Shown here: positions 1 through 8,808 of the stretch, one piece after another
Numbering within the stretch: position 1 is the first letter of the stretch
Layout: every line of letters starts with the position of its first letter
Assembly (NCBI GenBank): GCA_963741945.1
Contig: CAVUKA010000003.1
Coordinates: 320,001-384,000, forward strand
Length of the DNA: 64,000 nt
Direction: 5' to 3'
DNA from: an uncultured Gemmatimonadales bacterium
GTDB taxonomy: Bacteria > Gemmatimonadota > Gemmatimonadetes > Longimicrobiales > RSA9
The notes under the pieces: generated by a model
Told to the model about the DNA's origin: nothing
The model's database searches: none
What the model saw: only the letters and a program-made list of their open reading frames with translations
Translations under genes and position numbers: made by a program

Positions 1-1755
1 CAGGAGCTGGAGTGGGACGGTGGCCAGGATCGGCGTCAGCATGTCGATGGTGTCCGGGATCGTGATCAGGTGGTCCACTCGCTCGGCCAGCTCCGTGTCA
101 CTGTCGCTCACCACCGCGATGATCCGGCCGCCGCGCGTCTTCACCTCTTCGATGTTCGACACCACCTTGCCGTAGACCGCGTCGTGGGGCGCCACCACCA
201 CCACGGGCATCTGCTCCGTGATCAGCGCGATGGGCCCGTGCTTCATCTCCGCCGCGGGGAGCCCCTCGGCGTGGATGTAGCTGATCTCCTTCAGCTTCAG
301 CGCACCCTCGAGCGCGGTCGGGAAGTTGTAGCCCCGGCCGAGATACAGGAAGTTGCCGGCGTCCTTGTAGGTCCGGGCCAGCTCGCGGATGCTGTCGTTC
401 AGCTCGAGGACCTGCCGCACCTTGGTCGGGATGTCCATCAGGGCGGCGACGATCTCCCGCCCCTGGACCACCGACATCCCACGCCGCCGCGCCATCAACA
501 GCGTGAACAGCGCGAGCACGGCCACCTGGCTGGTGAACGCTTTCGTGGATGCCACGCCGATCTCGGGACCCGCGTGGATGTAGACGCCGCCGTCGGTCTC
601 CCTCGCGATGGTGGACCCCACCACGTTCACGATCCCCATGGCCACGGCGCCCTGACGCTTCGCCTCGCGCACCGCCGCCAGCGTGTCCGCCGTCTCGCCC
701 GACTGGCTGATGGCGATCACGGTGGTGTTCGGCCGGATCACCGGATTGCGGTAGCGGAACTCGGAGGCGTACTCCACCTCGACGGGGATGCGGGCGAACT
801 CTTCGATCATGTACTCGCCGATGAGGCCGGCGTGCCAGGACGTTCCCGAGGCCATGATGATGATCTGCTCGGTGCGCGCCAGGTCCTCGATCATGTGCTC
901 GAGCCCGCCAAGCTTCGCGGTCCCCTCCTCCTCCAGCAGTCGGCCGCGGATGGCGTTCTCCAGCGTCTCGGGCTGTTCGAAGATCTCCTTGATCATGAAA
1001 TGCTCGAACCCGCCCTTCTCGATGGAGTCCAGGTCCCAGTCGACCCGGGTCACCTCCCTCGAGAGCTCGCGCCCCTTGAGCGTGGAGATCTGATAGCCTT
1101 CACGCGTCAGGACGGCCATCTCGCCATCCTCCAGGTAGACGAAGTCCCGCGTGTGGGCGAGCACCGCCGCGACGTCACTGGCGAGGAAGTACTCGTGCCC
1201 TTCCCCGACGCCAACGAGCAGCGGACTGCCCTTCCGCGCACCCACGATCTTCCCCGGCTCACGGCTGCTCATGATGGCCAGCCCGTACGTCCCCTCGACC
1301 TGAGTCAGCGCCGCACGCACCGCATCCTCGAGGCGGCCGTCGTACGCTTCCTCGATCAGATGCGCCACCACTTCCGTGTCCGTCTCGGTCCGGAACTCGT
1401 GGCCCAGGCTGATGAGCTTCTTCTTGAGCGTGCCCGCGTTCTCGATGATGCCGTTGTGCACCAGCGCGATCTCGCCCGGACAATCCGTATGCGGGTGCGC
1501 ATTCGGCTCCGTGGGCGCACCATGGGTGGCCCAGCGGGTATGCGCGATGCCGCAGCTGGAGTCGGGCATGCCGTCGCCGTTCAGCTGATTCTCCAGCTCC
1601 CGGATCTTGCCCACCGCCTTGCGCGTCTCCAGCCCGCCGTCGATGGCCACGGTGATCCCGGCCGAGTCATACCCCCGGTACTCGAGTCTGCGCAGCCCCT
1701 CCATGAGGAGCGGCGTGGCCACTCTTTCGCCGATATACCCGACAATGCCGCACAT
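1..1755 (-). CDS. glmS: Glutamine--fructose-6-phosphate transaminase (3' end runs off the window)
   Basis: Not in the ORF track. The reverse complement from 1755 reads ATG TGC GGC ATT GTC GGG TAT ATC GGC = MCGIVGYIG, followed by LEYRGYDSAG, HTRWATHG and VHNGIIEN; 18 nt downstream of glmM. Confidence 0.97.
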   Translation of the reverse strand, partial: MCGIVGYIGERVATPLLMEGLRRLEYRGYDSAGITVAIDGGLETRKAVGKIRELENQLNGDGMPDSSCGIAHTRWATHGAPTEPNAHPHTDCPGEIALVHNGIIENAGTLKKKLISLGHEFRTETDTEVVAHLIEEAYDGRLEDAVRAALTQVEGTYGLAIMSSREPGKIVGARKGSPLLVGVGEGHEYFLASDVAAVLAHTRDFVYLEDGEMAVLTREGYQISTLKGRELSREVTRVDWDLDSIEKGGFEHFMIKEIFEQPETLENAIRGRLLEEEGTAKLGGLEHMIEDLARTEQIIIMASGTSWHAGLIGEYMIEEFARIPVEVEYASEFRYRNPVIRPNTTVIAISQSGETADTLAAVREAKRQGAVAMGIVNVVGSTIARETDGGVYIHAGPEIGVASTKAFTSQVAVLALFTLLMARRRGMSVVQGREIVAALMDIPTKVRQVLELNDSIRELARTYKDAGNFLYLGRGYNFPTALEGALKLKEISYIHAEGLPAAEMKHGPIALITEQMPVVVVAPHDAVYGKVVSNIEEVKTRGGRIIAVVSDSDTELAERVDHLITIPDTIDMLTPILATVPLQLL

Positions 1756-1773
1756 GCGTCCCGTCTCTGTAGG

Positions 1774-3171
1774 TCAGAATCCCCGGAGCGCGTCCTTCGC
1801 GGCGCGCACCAGGTGGTTAGCTTCTTCCGCTGCCGGCGCCTCGGCGATCATGCGCACGATCGGCTCCGTCCCGCTCGGCCGGAAATGGAGCCAGCGCCGC
1901 TTCTCCGGCCAGCCGAGCCACAGCCCATCCTGCCGGTCCGAAACCGGCGCGCCCAATTCGCCCACGAGCCGCTCGTAGGCGGGCTCCAGTGGCCCGTCTG
2001 GCCGCGGCACGGCCTCCTTCACGATCGCGTACGCCGGCGATGCCGCCACCACCTCGCTCACCGGCCGGCCCTCTTCGAGCAGCAATTGCAGAACCAGCGC
2101 CGCCGCCACCTGCGCATCCCGCGTCAGGTGAACGGCGGGATAGATCACACCCCCGTTCCCCTCCCCACCGACGACCGCCCCCTCCCGCTGCATCCGGCGG
2201 GCGACGTTGATCTCGCCCACCGGCGCGCGGTGGAAGGGGACACCGGCGTCCAGCGCCGCGTCTTCTACCACCCGACTGGTGGAGAGGTTCGTCACCACGG
2301 GCCCGGCGGTGTGTCGAAGCACGAGACGCGTGGCCAGCGCCAGCGTGTAGTCCTCTCCGATCGGGCGACCCGATTCGTCCACGAGCGCGAGGCGATCCGC
2401 GTCCGGGTCCGTAGCCAGGCCAATGTCCGCTCCCGTTTCCCGGACCCGCGCAGCGAGATCGCCCAGGTGCTCCGCCGTGGGCTCCGGCTTGCGCGGGAAG
2501 CGACCATCGGGCTCCAGGTTGATCCCGTGGACCTCGCACCCCAGCGCTTCCAGGAGCCGGGGCAGCGTGGTCGATCCAGCGCCGCGGATGCAGTCCAGCG
2601 CCACCCGGAACCGCCGCCCCCGGAGTGCTTCGACATCCAGCAGCGGGAGATGCAGGATCGTGTCCACGTGGCGCCGCGCGGCATCCGGGTCCTCGCTGCG
2701 GGAGCCGACCCCGTCCCACCCTTTCCATGGCGGACGCCGCGCGAGGTGCCGGCGCATCGACGCGGACTCGTCCGCGTCGAGAAACATCCCGGCTCCGGAG
2801 GCCAGCTTCAGCGCGTTCCACTCCACCGGGTTGTGGCTCGCCGTGACGATGATCCCGCCGTCGGCATCGTGGTGACGCACGGCCAGCAGGGCCGTGGGCG
2901 TCGGAACCAGCCCGACGTGCACGACGTCGCACCCGACGCCCTCCAGCGCCGCGCTCACGGCCCGGACCAGCAGCGGACCGGACGTGCGCGAGTCGCGGGC
3001 CACCACGACGCGAGGGCGAGCGCCCGACTGCTTCTGCTCGGCCAGGTAGGCGCCGAACGCCGCCGCGAACGCGGAAGCCACGTCCGGCGTGAGCGCCTCG
3101 CCGACGCGACCGCGCACGCCGGACACGCTCACCATCAGGGAATCGGGAATCTCGAAAGAAGCCATCACCAT
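1774..3171 (-). CDS. glmM: Phosphoglucosamine mutase / phosphohexomutase
   Basis: SVSGVRG, ARDSRTSG, active-site TASHNP, metal loop DPDADR, GGEGNGG, RPSGTEP; adjacent to glmS. The start could be 3165. Confidence 0.88.
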   Translation of the reverse strand: MVMASFEIPDSLMVSVSGVRGRVGEALTPDVASAFAAAFGAYLAEQKQSGARPRVVVARDSRTSGPLLVRAVSAALEGVGCDVVHVGLVPTPTALLAVRHHDADGGIIVTASHNPVEWNALKLASGAGMFLDADESASMRRHLARRPPWKGWDGVGSRSEDPDAARRHVDTILHLPLLDVEALRGRRFRVALDCIRGAGSTTLPRLLEALGCEVHGINLEPDGRFPRKPEPTAEHLGDLAARVRETGADIGLATDPDADRLALVDESGRPIGEDYTLALATRLVLRHTAGPVVTNLSTSRVVEDAALDAGVPFHRAPVGEINVARRMQREGAVVGGEGNGGVIYPAVHLTRDAQVAAALVLQLLLEEGRPVSEVVAASPAYAIVKEAVPRPDGPLEPAYERLVGELGAPVSDRQDGLWLGWPEKRRWLHFRPSGTEPIVRMIAEAPAAEEANHLVRAAKDALRGF

Positions 3172-3223
3172 CCTTCCATGCGAAAAGAGCCGCCGCCCCG
3201 TGGCGCCGGCCCGCAGACCAGCA

Positions 3224-3253
3224 AAAGTAGGCGAAGGACGCGAGGAGAGTCAA
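3224..3253 (-). promoter_or_regulatory. sigma70-type promoter for glmM-glmS
   Basis: Minus strand TTGACT-N18-TACTTT. Confidence 0.55.
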
Positions 3254-3320
3254 TCGAGCTCCCGGCAGAAAGGCGTGGAGCGCGTGCGCCACGGTGAAGC
3301 CATGGCGGCACGATCAGGCC

Positions 3321-4124
3321 TCACCCGGGGAGGTGCCGCTCCAGGAGCTCGATCACGGCGTCGGGGTTGTCGGCGTTGAGCCAGTGCCCGCCGCGCACGG
3401 CATGCAGGAAGACCCTCCCGGTCGCTTCACCCGCGGCCCGGATCCGGGAGACCGCCTCGGCGCTCAGCACCGGCGAGCCGGTGGCGCGAACGAAGTGGAT
3501 CGTGAGCTCTGCGCGAGGCGACTCCACGATGTCCCACAGGTCCTGACGGAAGAAGTCGCGCAGCAGCGCCTCCATGTGGTCCAGATTCAGGGTCCAGCGG
3601 TACTCGTCGCCCCGCCAGTCCATGTTGGTGCTCATCCAGAGGGCGACCGGCCGGGCCACGCCGGTGGCCACCAGCGCATCGACGGCCTCCTCGCGGTCCG
3701 CGAACCGCTCGGGAAGCCCCCGCATCCGCTCCAGCATCTCCCACGCCGCCCCTTCCGGCGCGCGCGCCTCCGGTGTGGAGTCCACCACCCAGACCTGCTC
3801 AACGCGCGGGTCGTCCCGGCCTCGCAGCAGCGCCACCTTCCCGCCGAACGAGTGCCCGAGCACGGCTGCGGCCCGGCCCGGCAGATCGAGCGTGTCCAGG
3901 TCCCCGGCCGTGGCTTCGAGCGTGTAGGGGGGCGGGAACCCCGTGGAGCCCCCGTGCTCACGCAGGTCCACCAGCAACGCGCCCCAGTCGGGGCGCCGGT
4001 CGACGAGCGCCCGGGCCACCGAGGCCCAGTTCCGGCCCGCGCCGTAGATGCCGTGGAGCATGAGGAGCCACTGCTCCGGCTGCGCGCCATCCGCCCGCAC
4101 CGCTCTCGCGTTCAGCTCAGCCAT
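3321..4124 (-). CDS. Alpha/beta hydrolase (YbfF/ABHD11-like esterase)
   Basis: LHGIYG, VDLREHGGS, nucleophile elbow GHSFGG, C-terminal GHWLNADNP. Confidence 0.9.
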   Translation of the reverse strand: MAELNARAVRADGAQPEQWLLMLHGIYGAGRNWASVARALVDRRPDWGALLVDLREHGGSTGFPPPYTLEATAGDLDTLDLPGRAAAVLGHSFGGKVALLRGRDDPRVEQVWVVDSTPEARAPEGAAWEMLERMRGLPERFADREEAVDALVATGVARPVALWMSTNMDWRGDEYRWTLNLDHMEALLRDFFRQDLWDIVESPRAELTIHFVRATGSPVLSAEAVSRIRAAGEATGRVFLHAVRGGHWLNADNPDAVIELLERHLPG

Positions 4125-4213
4125 TCCGTTCGCAGCCCTTTCCCCGCTGGCACGCGTGGATAGTGCACGGTATGTTCCGTTCCCCGGACCCACTCTCTCC
4201 CGATACGATATCC

Positions 4214-5374
4214 ATGACCGATAAGCAGCCCGGTTTCGCCACGCGCGCCATCCACGCCGGCCAGCGGCCGGATCCGACCACGGGCGCCATCATGCCGCCC
4301 ATCTACCAGACCTCTACGTACGTGCAGCCGGCGCTCGGCGAGCCGCTGCAGGGATACGAGTACGCGCGGGTCACCAACCCCACGCGCGACGCGCTCCAGG
4401 CCAATGTGGCCGCCCTCGAGGGCGCGCGCCACGGCGCCTGCTTCGCCAGCGGCCTGGCAGCGATCGAGGCGGTGGTGAAGAAGCTTTCGGCGGGCGACCA
4501 CGTGGTCAGCGAGGAGAATACCTACGGCGGCACCACGCGCATGTTCAACACGGTGCTGGCGCGCCTCGGGATCACGTTCACGTTCGTGGACTCGCGGGAT
4601 CCCGATGCGATCCGCGCCGCGATCCGGCCGAACACGAAGTTGATGCACCTGGAAACGCCCACGAATCCGATGATGCGGCTCACGGACCTTGCCGCAGCGG
4701 CCGAGATCGGCCGGGCGGCGGGGGTCACCACGTGCGTCGACAACACGTTCGCCACGCCGTACAACCAGCGACCGCTGGAGCTCGGGATCGACGTGGTGGT
4801 CCACTCCACGACCAAGTACCTGAACGGGCACAGCGACGTCATCGGCGGCATCGTCCTGACCAGCGACGACGAGTGGGCAGAGCACCTCCACTACATCCAG
4901 AAGGCGGCCGGCGCCGTCCCCGGGCCGATGGACGCGTGGCTCACGCTGCGCGGCACGAAGACGCTGGCCGTCCGCATGGAGGCGCACAACCGCAACGGCA
5001 TGGCCATGGCCGAATTCCTGGCCGACCACGCCAAGGTGGAGCGCGTCAACTATCCGGGGCTGCCATCGCACCCGCAGCACCAGCTCGCCACACGGCAGAT
5101 GAAGGGGTTCACCGGGATGCTGAGCGTCGAGCTCGGCTCCATGGAGCGGGCGCGCACCGTGGTCCAGTCCACCAGGATCTTCGCCCTCGCCGAGAGCCTC
5201 GGCGGCGTGGAGAGCCTGATCGGCCACCCCGCCATGCAGACGCACGCCGCCGTGGCCCCGGAGCGGCGCCGGGCCATGGGCATCAGCGATGGACTGATCC
5301 GCCTTTCCGTGGGCATCGAGGACATTGACGACCTGCGCGACGACATCGCCGCCGCGCTCGACGCCGCCGACTGA
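4214..5374 (+). CDS. Cystathionine gamma-synthase/gamma-lyase (Cys/Met metabolism PLP enzyme)
   Basis: PIYQTSTY, YARVTNPT, ETPTNP, VDNTFATP, PLP lysine in HSTTKYLNGHSD, AESLGGVESL, IRLSVGIED. Confidence 0.93.
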   Translation: MTDKQPGFATRAIHAGQRPDPTTGAIMPPIYQTSTYVQPALGEPLQGYEYARVTNPTRDALQANVAALEGARHGACFASGLAAIEAVVKKLSAGDHVVSEENTYGGTTRMFNTVLARLGITFTFVDSRDPDAIRAAIRPNTKLMHLETPTNPMMRLTDLAAAAEIGRAAGVTTCVDNTFATPYNQRPLELGIDVVVHSTTKYLNGHSDVIGGIVLTSDDEWAEHLHYIQKAAGAVPGPMDAWLTLRGTKTLAVRMEAHNRNGMAMAEFLADHAKVERVNYPGLPSHPQHQLATRQMKGFTGMLSVELGSMERARTVVQSTRIFALAESLGGVESLIGHPAMQTHAAVAPERRRAMGISDGLIRLSVGIEDIDDLRDDIAAALDAAD

Positions 5375-5454
5375 CCGGGACGCCGCTGGTGTGCGGGCGC
5401 CGCCGGTCGTCGCCAGCCCCGGCCGGCGTCCGCTGGCTGCCGGCCGAACGACGC

Positions 5455-5481
5455 GGAAACCCGCTGCCATGGCGATGCGTA
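5455..5481 (+). promoter_or_regulatory. ECF (SigW-like) promoter upstream of the M48 peptidase
   Basis: GGAAAC-N17-CGTA, same spacing as the two sites in the ECF operon. Confidence 0.7.
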
Positions 5482-5557
5482 AGGGACAGCGACCGCCACG
5501 GGGCCGGCCGCTCCCGCGGTCGTGCGTCCCACCGACTCATGCGAAGGAGCCAGACCC

Positions 5558-6553
5558 GTGACAGACCGTGAGATCGTCCCGCAGCCGCGCGTCATCCTGA
5601 CGGGCATCGGTGCCGAGAGCTGGGAGCACCCGGCCGACCGCGCCGCCCTGGCCGCGCTCCGGCGCATCCCGGCCTTCGACGAGGTGCTGCGCAAGCTTTT
5701 CGGCTTTTTCGGTGAGAAGCCGGTGCGTCTCGCGTTCCAGGCGAACGCGGTGCGGGTGGGTCCCAAGCAGTTCCCGGACGTGTTCGCCAAATACCTGCGT
5801 GTCCTGGAGACCATGGACGCGCCGGAGCCCTATCCCCTCTTCATCTCCCAGACCCCGGTCGTCAACGCCGGGGCGTACGGGATGAACAGGCCCTTCATCG
5901 TCCTGAACAGCGGGAGCATCCGCCTCCTCGAGGAGGACGAGCAGGTCTTCCTCCTGGGTCACGAGCTCGGCCACATCCTGAGCGGCCACGTGCTCTACCG
6001 GACCATGATGGTGATCCTGCTCCAGCTGGCGAACATCGGCTATCCCATCGTCGGCATCGCCGCCCGCGCCGTGCTCCTCGGACTGCTGGAATGGAGCCGG
6101 AAGAGCGAGCTCAGCTCCGACCGCGCGGGGCTCCTCGCCGTTCAGGACCCGACGGCCGCGCTCCACACGTCGCTCAAGCTCGCCGGTGGAGGCACCCACG
6201 AGGAAACGGACCTCAACGAATTCCTGAAGCAGGCAGACGAGTACCGCGAGTCCGGCGACGTGGGCGATGCGGTGTTCAAGGTCCTCAACCTCCTCGGCAC
6301 CACCCATCCGTTCCACACCCTGCGCGCCGCCGAGCTGCGCGACTGGATCGAGGGCGGGGACTACGAGCGCATCCTGCGTGGCGAATACCGCCGGCGGGGC
6401 GAGCCGCAGGCGTCGTACATGGACGATCTGCGAGCCGCGACGAAGTCGTACCAGGAGGGCGCCAAGGCCGTCTTCGACGACGTCGCCGCCGGCGCACGAG
6501 ACGCAGCCGAGAAGGTGCGCCAGGCCGTCAGCGAGGCGTTCCGGAAGCGCTGA
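5558..6553 (+). CDS. M48 family (HtpX-like) zinc metallopeptidase
   Basis: NAGAYG, HELGH zinc motif, SRKSELSSDRAG, THP; GTG start after an AAGGAG RBS. Confidence 0.9.
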   Translation: MTDREIVPQPRVILTGIGAESWEHPADRAALAALRRIPAFDEVLRKLFGFFGEKPVRLAFQANAVRVGPKQFPDVFAKYLRVLETMDAPEPYPLFISQTPVVNAGAYGMNRPFIVLNSGSIRLLEEDEQVFLLGHELGHILSGHVLYRTMMVILLQLANIGYPIVGIAARAVLLGLLEWSRKSELSSDRAGLLAVQDPTAALHTSLKLAGGGTHEETDLNEFLKQADEYRESGDVGDAVFKVLNLLGTTHPFHTLRAAELRDWIEGGDYERILRGEYRRRGEPQASYMDDLRAATKSYQEGAKAVFDDVAAGARDAAEKVRQAVSEAFRKR

Positions 6554-6633
6554 GCCACGGGTTGCCGGGGCACGCAGCGCCCCGTACGCTACCCCGAACA
6601 GCAGGGCGATCCAACCTCGACACCCGACGCACC

Positions 6634-7923
6634 ATGAAGATCCTCCTCGTCGGCAACGGCGGCCGTGAGCACGCCCTCCTCTGGAAGCTGCACCAGGACG
6701 CGCCTTCCGCCGATTTCTTCATCACGCGCGGGAATGGCGGCACCCACGCCCTGGCCAAGGACGTGTCGATCGACCCCGCGGACATCGCCGGAATCGCCGC
6801 CTGGGCCGACAGCGAGGACATGGACCTCGTGGTGATCGGCCCCGAAGGCCCCCTCGCCGACGGGCTCGCCGACGCGCTCCGGCAGCGGGGCGTCGCCGCA
6901 TTCGGGCCCGGCAGAGGCGCCGCCCAGATCGAGGCGTCCAAAGCTTTCGCGAAGGACGTGATGCGCGCCGCCCGCGTGCCCACTGCAGGGTTCGCCGTCT
7001 TCTCCGACCCGGAGCGTGCCCGCGAGTACATCCGGCAGCGCGGTGCGCCCATCGTCGTGAAAGCTTCCGGGCTCGCCGCGGGCAAGGGCGCCATCGTGTG
7101 CGAGAGCACGGACGAGGCCACCCAGGCGGTGGCCGCCATGCTGGAAGAGGACCGGTTCGGAAGCGCGGGTCGCGAGGTGGTGGTGGAGGAATGCATGACC
7201 GGGGAGGAGCTCAGCGTGTTCGCGCTCACGGACGGCCAGGACGTGGTGGTCATGACGCCGTCGCAGGACCACAAGCGCGCGGGCGAGGGGGACACGGGAC
7301 CGAACACGGGTGGCATGGGAGCATACGCGCCCGTCTCCATCGCCACCGACGAGTTGATGGACCGGGTCACCGACGAGATCCTGCTCCCCACGCTCCACCA
7401 GCTCCGGCAGCGGGACCGCGCGTTCCGCGGGCTCCTGTACGCGGGGCTCATGCTCACCGACGAGGGCCCGAAGGTGGTGGAGTTCAACGCCCGCTTCGGT
7501 GATCCGGAGACGCAGGCGGTCCTCCCGCTCATGAGCTCCTCCCTCCTCGATGCCCTCCAGACCATCGCCCGCGGGAGCCGTGTCCGGGACGTCGAAGCGA
7601 TCTGGAAGCCGGCCGCCGCCGTCACCACCGTCCTGGCATCGGCGGGGTACCCCGGTCCCTACGAGAAAGGCCTCGAGATCCGGATCCCTGAAGCGCTCCG
7701 CGAAAACCCGGATGTGCTGCTGTTCCACGCGGGAACAGCCCGGAAGGACGGACGACTGGTCACGGACGGCGGGCGGGTGCTGGCCGTGACCGCGCTCGGT
7801 CCCGACCTCGCCGCTGCGGCCGAGCGCAGCCGCGACGCGGCGGCGAGCATCACGTTCGAGGGCGCCCACTTCCGCCGCGACATCGGCTGGCGTGAGCTGG
7901 AGCGCGTCGCGGGCAGGCCCTGA
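6634..7923 (+). CDS. purD: Phosphoribosylamine--glycine ligase
   Basis: MKILLVGNGGREHAL, VIGPEGPL, KASGLAAGKG, QDHKR, GPNTGGMGAY, EFNARFGDPE. Confidence 0.97.
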   Translation: MKILLVGNGGREHALLWKLHQDAPSADFFITRGNGGTHALAKDVSIDPADIAGIAAWADSEDMDLVVIGPEGPLADGLADALRQRGVAAFGPGRGAAQIEASKAFAKDVMRAARVPTAGFAVFSDPERAREYIRQRGAPIVVKASGLAAGKGAIVCESTDEATQAVAAMLEEDRFGSAGREVVVEECMTGEELSVFALTDGQDVVVMTPSQDHKRAGEGDTGPNTGGMGAYAPVSIATDELMDRVTDEILLPTLHQLRQRDRAFRGLLYAGLMLTDEGPKVVEFNARFGDPETQAVLPLMSSSLLDALQTIARGSRVRDVEAIWKPAAAVTTVLASAGYPGPYEKGLEIRIPEALRENPDVLLFHAGTARKDGRLVTDGGRVLAVTALGPDLAAAAERSRDAAASITFEGAHFRRDIGWRELERVAGRP

Positions 7924-7939
7924 ACGACCGCGCCTCCCG

Positions 7940-8758
7940 ATGCCGGAGCTCCCCGAGGCCGAGACCATCGCCCGCGACCTGGATCCCCGCCTTGCGCGCG
8001 CCCGGATCCGGGCCGTGGACATCACCCACCCCGATGTCGTTGCGGGAGACCCCGACGCGTTCGCGCGGGGCGTGGCCGGGAAGGTCGTCGCAGCGGTAGG
8101 ACGACGGGGAAAGAACGTCGTCCTCAGGTTCGAGGACTCGGGACGCCTCGTTGTCAACCTGGGCATGACAGGGCGGCTCGTTCTCAGCGACTCTCCCCGC
8201 GCTTCCGAAGTCCGCCACGTGGCCGTCACCTTCGCGCTCGAGGACGGCCGCAAGCTCCTCTACGACGATACGCGCCGGTTCGGCCTCCTCGAGCTCTTCA
8301 GCCCCGAAGGGTGGCGGAACCGCGACGCCGAGCTCGGACTCGAGCCACTTTCCCCGGCGTTCACCGGCGACGCACTCTGGAGTCTCACTCGTCGCTCGCG
8401 AACCCCGATCCGCAACTTCCTCCTCGACCAGTACCGCGTGGCCGGAATCGGCAACATCTACGCCCTCGAAGCGCTGTTCCGCGCCGCGATCCGTCCCACC
8501 CGCCGCGCCCATCGCCTCACCCGCGTCCAGGCGCACCGGCTCCGGGATTCCCTCGTGGCGGTGCTCGGCGAGGCCATCCGCCACAGGGGCACCACCTTCT
8601 CCGACTATCGCGATGCTTCCGGCGAGGAGGGCGCGTTCCAGCCGCTGCTCCAGGTCTACGCCCGCGAGGGCGAGCCCTGCCCTCGCTGTGGCTCGCCGAT
8701 CAAGCGCCGGGTCCTCGCCCACCGCAGCGTCTTCTACTGCCCCGGATGTCAGAGCTGA
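7940..8758 (+). CDS. mutM: Formamidopyrimidine-DNA glycosylase
   Basis: MPELPEAE N-terminus, RRGK, LGMTG, DTRRFG, AGIGNIY, C-terminal zinc finger CPRC...CPGCQ. Confidence 0.96.
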   Translation: MPELPEAETIARDLDPRLARARIRAVDITHPDVVAGDPDAFARGVAGKVVAAVGRRGKNVVLRFEDSGRLVVNLGMTGRLVLSDSPRASEVRHVAVTFALEDGRKLLYDDTRRFGLLELFSPEGWRNRDAELGLEPLSPAFTGDALWSLTRRSRTPIRNFLLDQYRVAGIGNIYALEALFRAAIRPTRRAHRLTRVQAHRLRDSLVAVLGEAIRHRGTTFSDYRDASGEEGAFQPLLQVYAREGEPCPRCGSPIKRRVLAHRSVFYCPGCQS

Positions 8759-8775
8759 CCCGGCGGGGCGTCTTG

Positions 8776-8792
8776 CCGAACAAACCCCGAAC
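8776..8792 (+). promoter_or_regulatory. Putative LexA/SOS-type operator (CCGAAC direct repeat; GAAC-N7-GAAC)
   Basis: CCGAACaaaccCCGAAC overlapping a TTGCCG -35-like hexamer, 16 nt before a DNA-repair nuclease start. Confidence 0.55.
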
Positions 8793-8808
8793 CTATCACA
8801 TTCCCTCC

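Noticed and set aside
70-3297. 1075-aa plus-strand ORF
   Set aside because: Antisense shadow of glmS and glmM; Arg/His-rich with no motifs, as expected in high-GC DNA.
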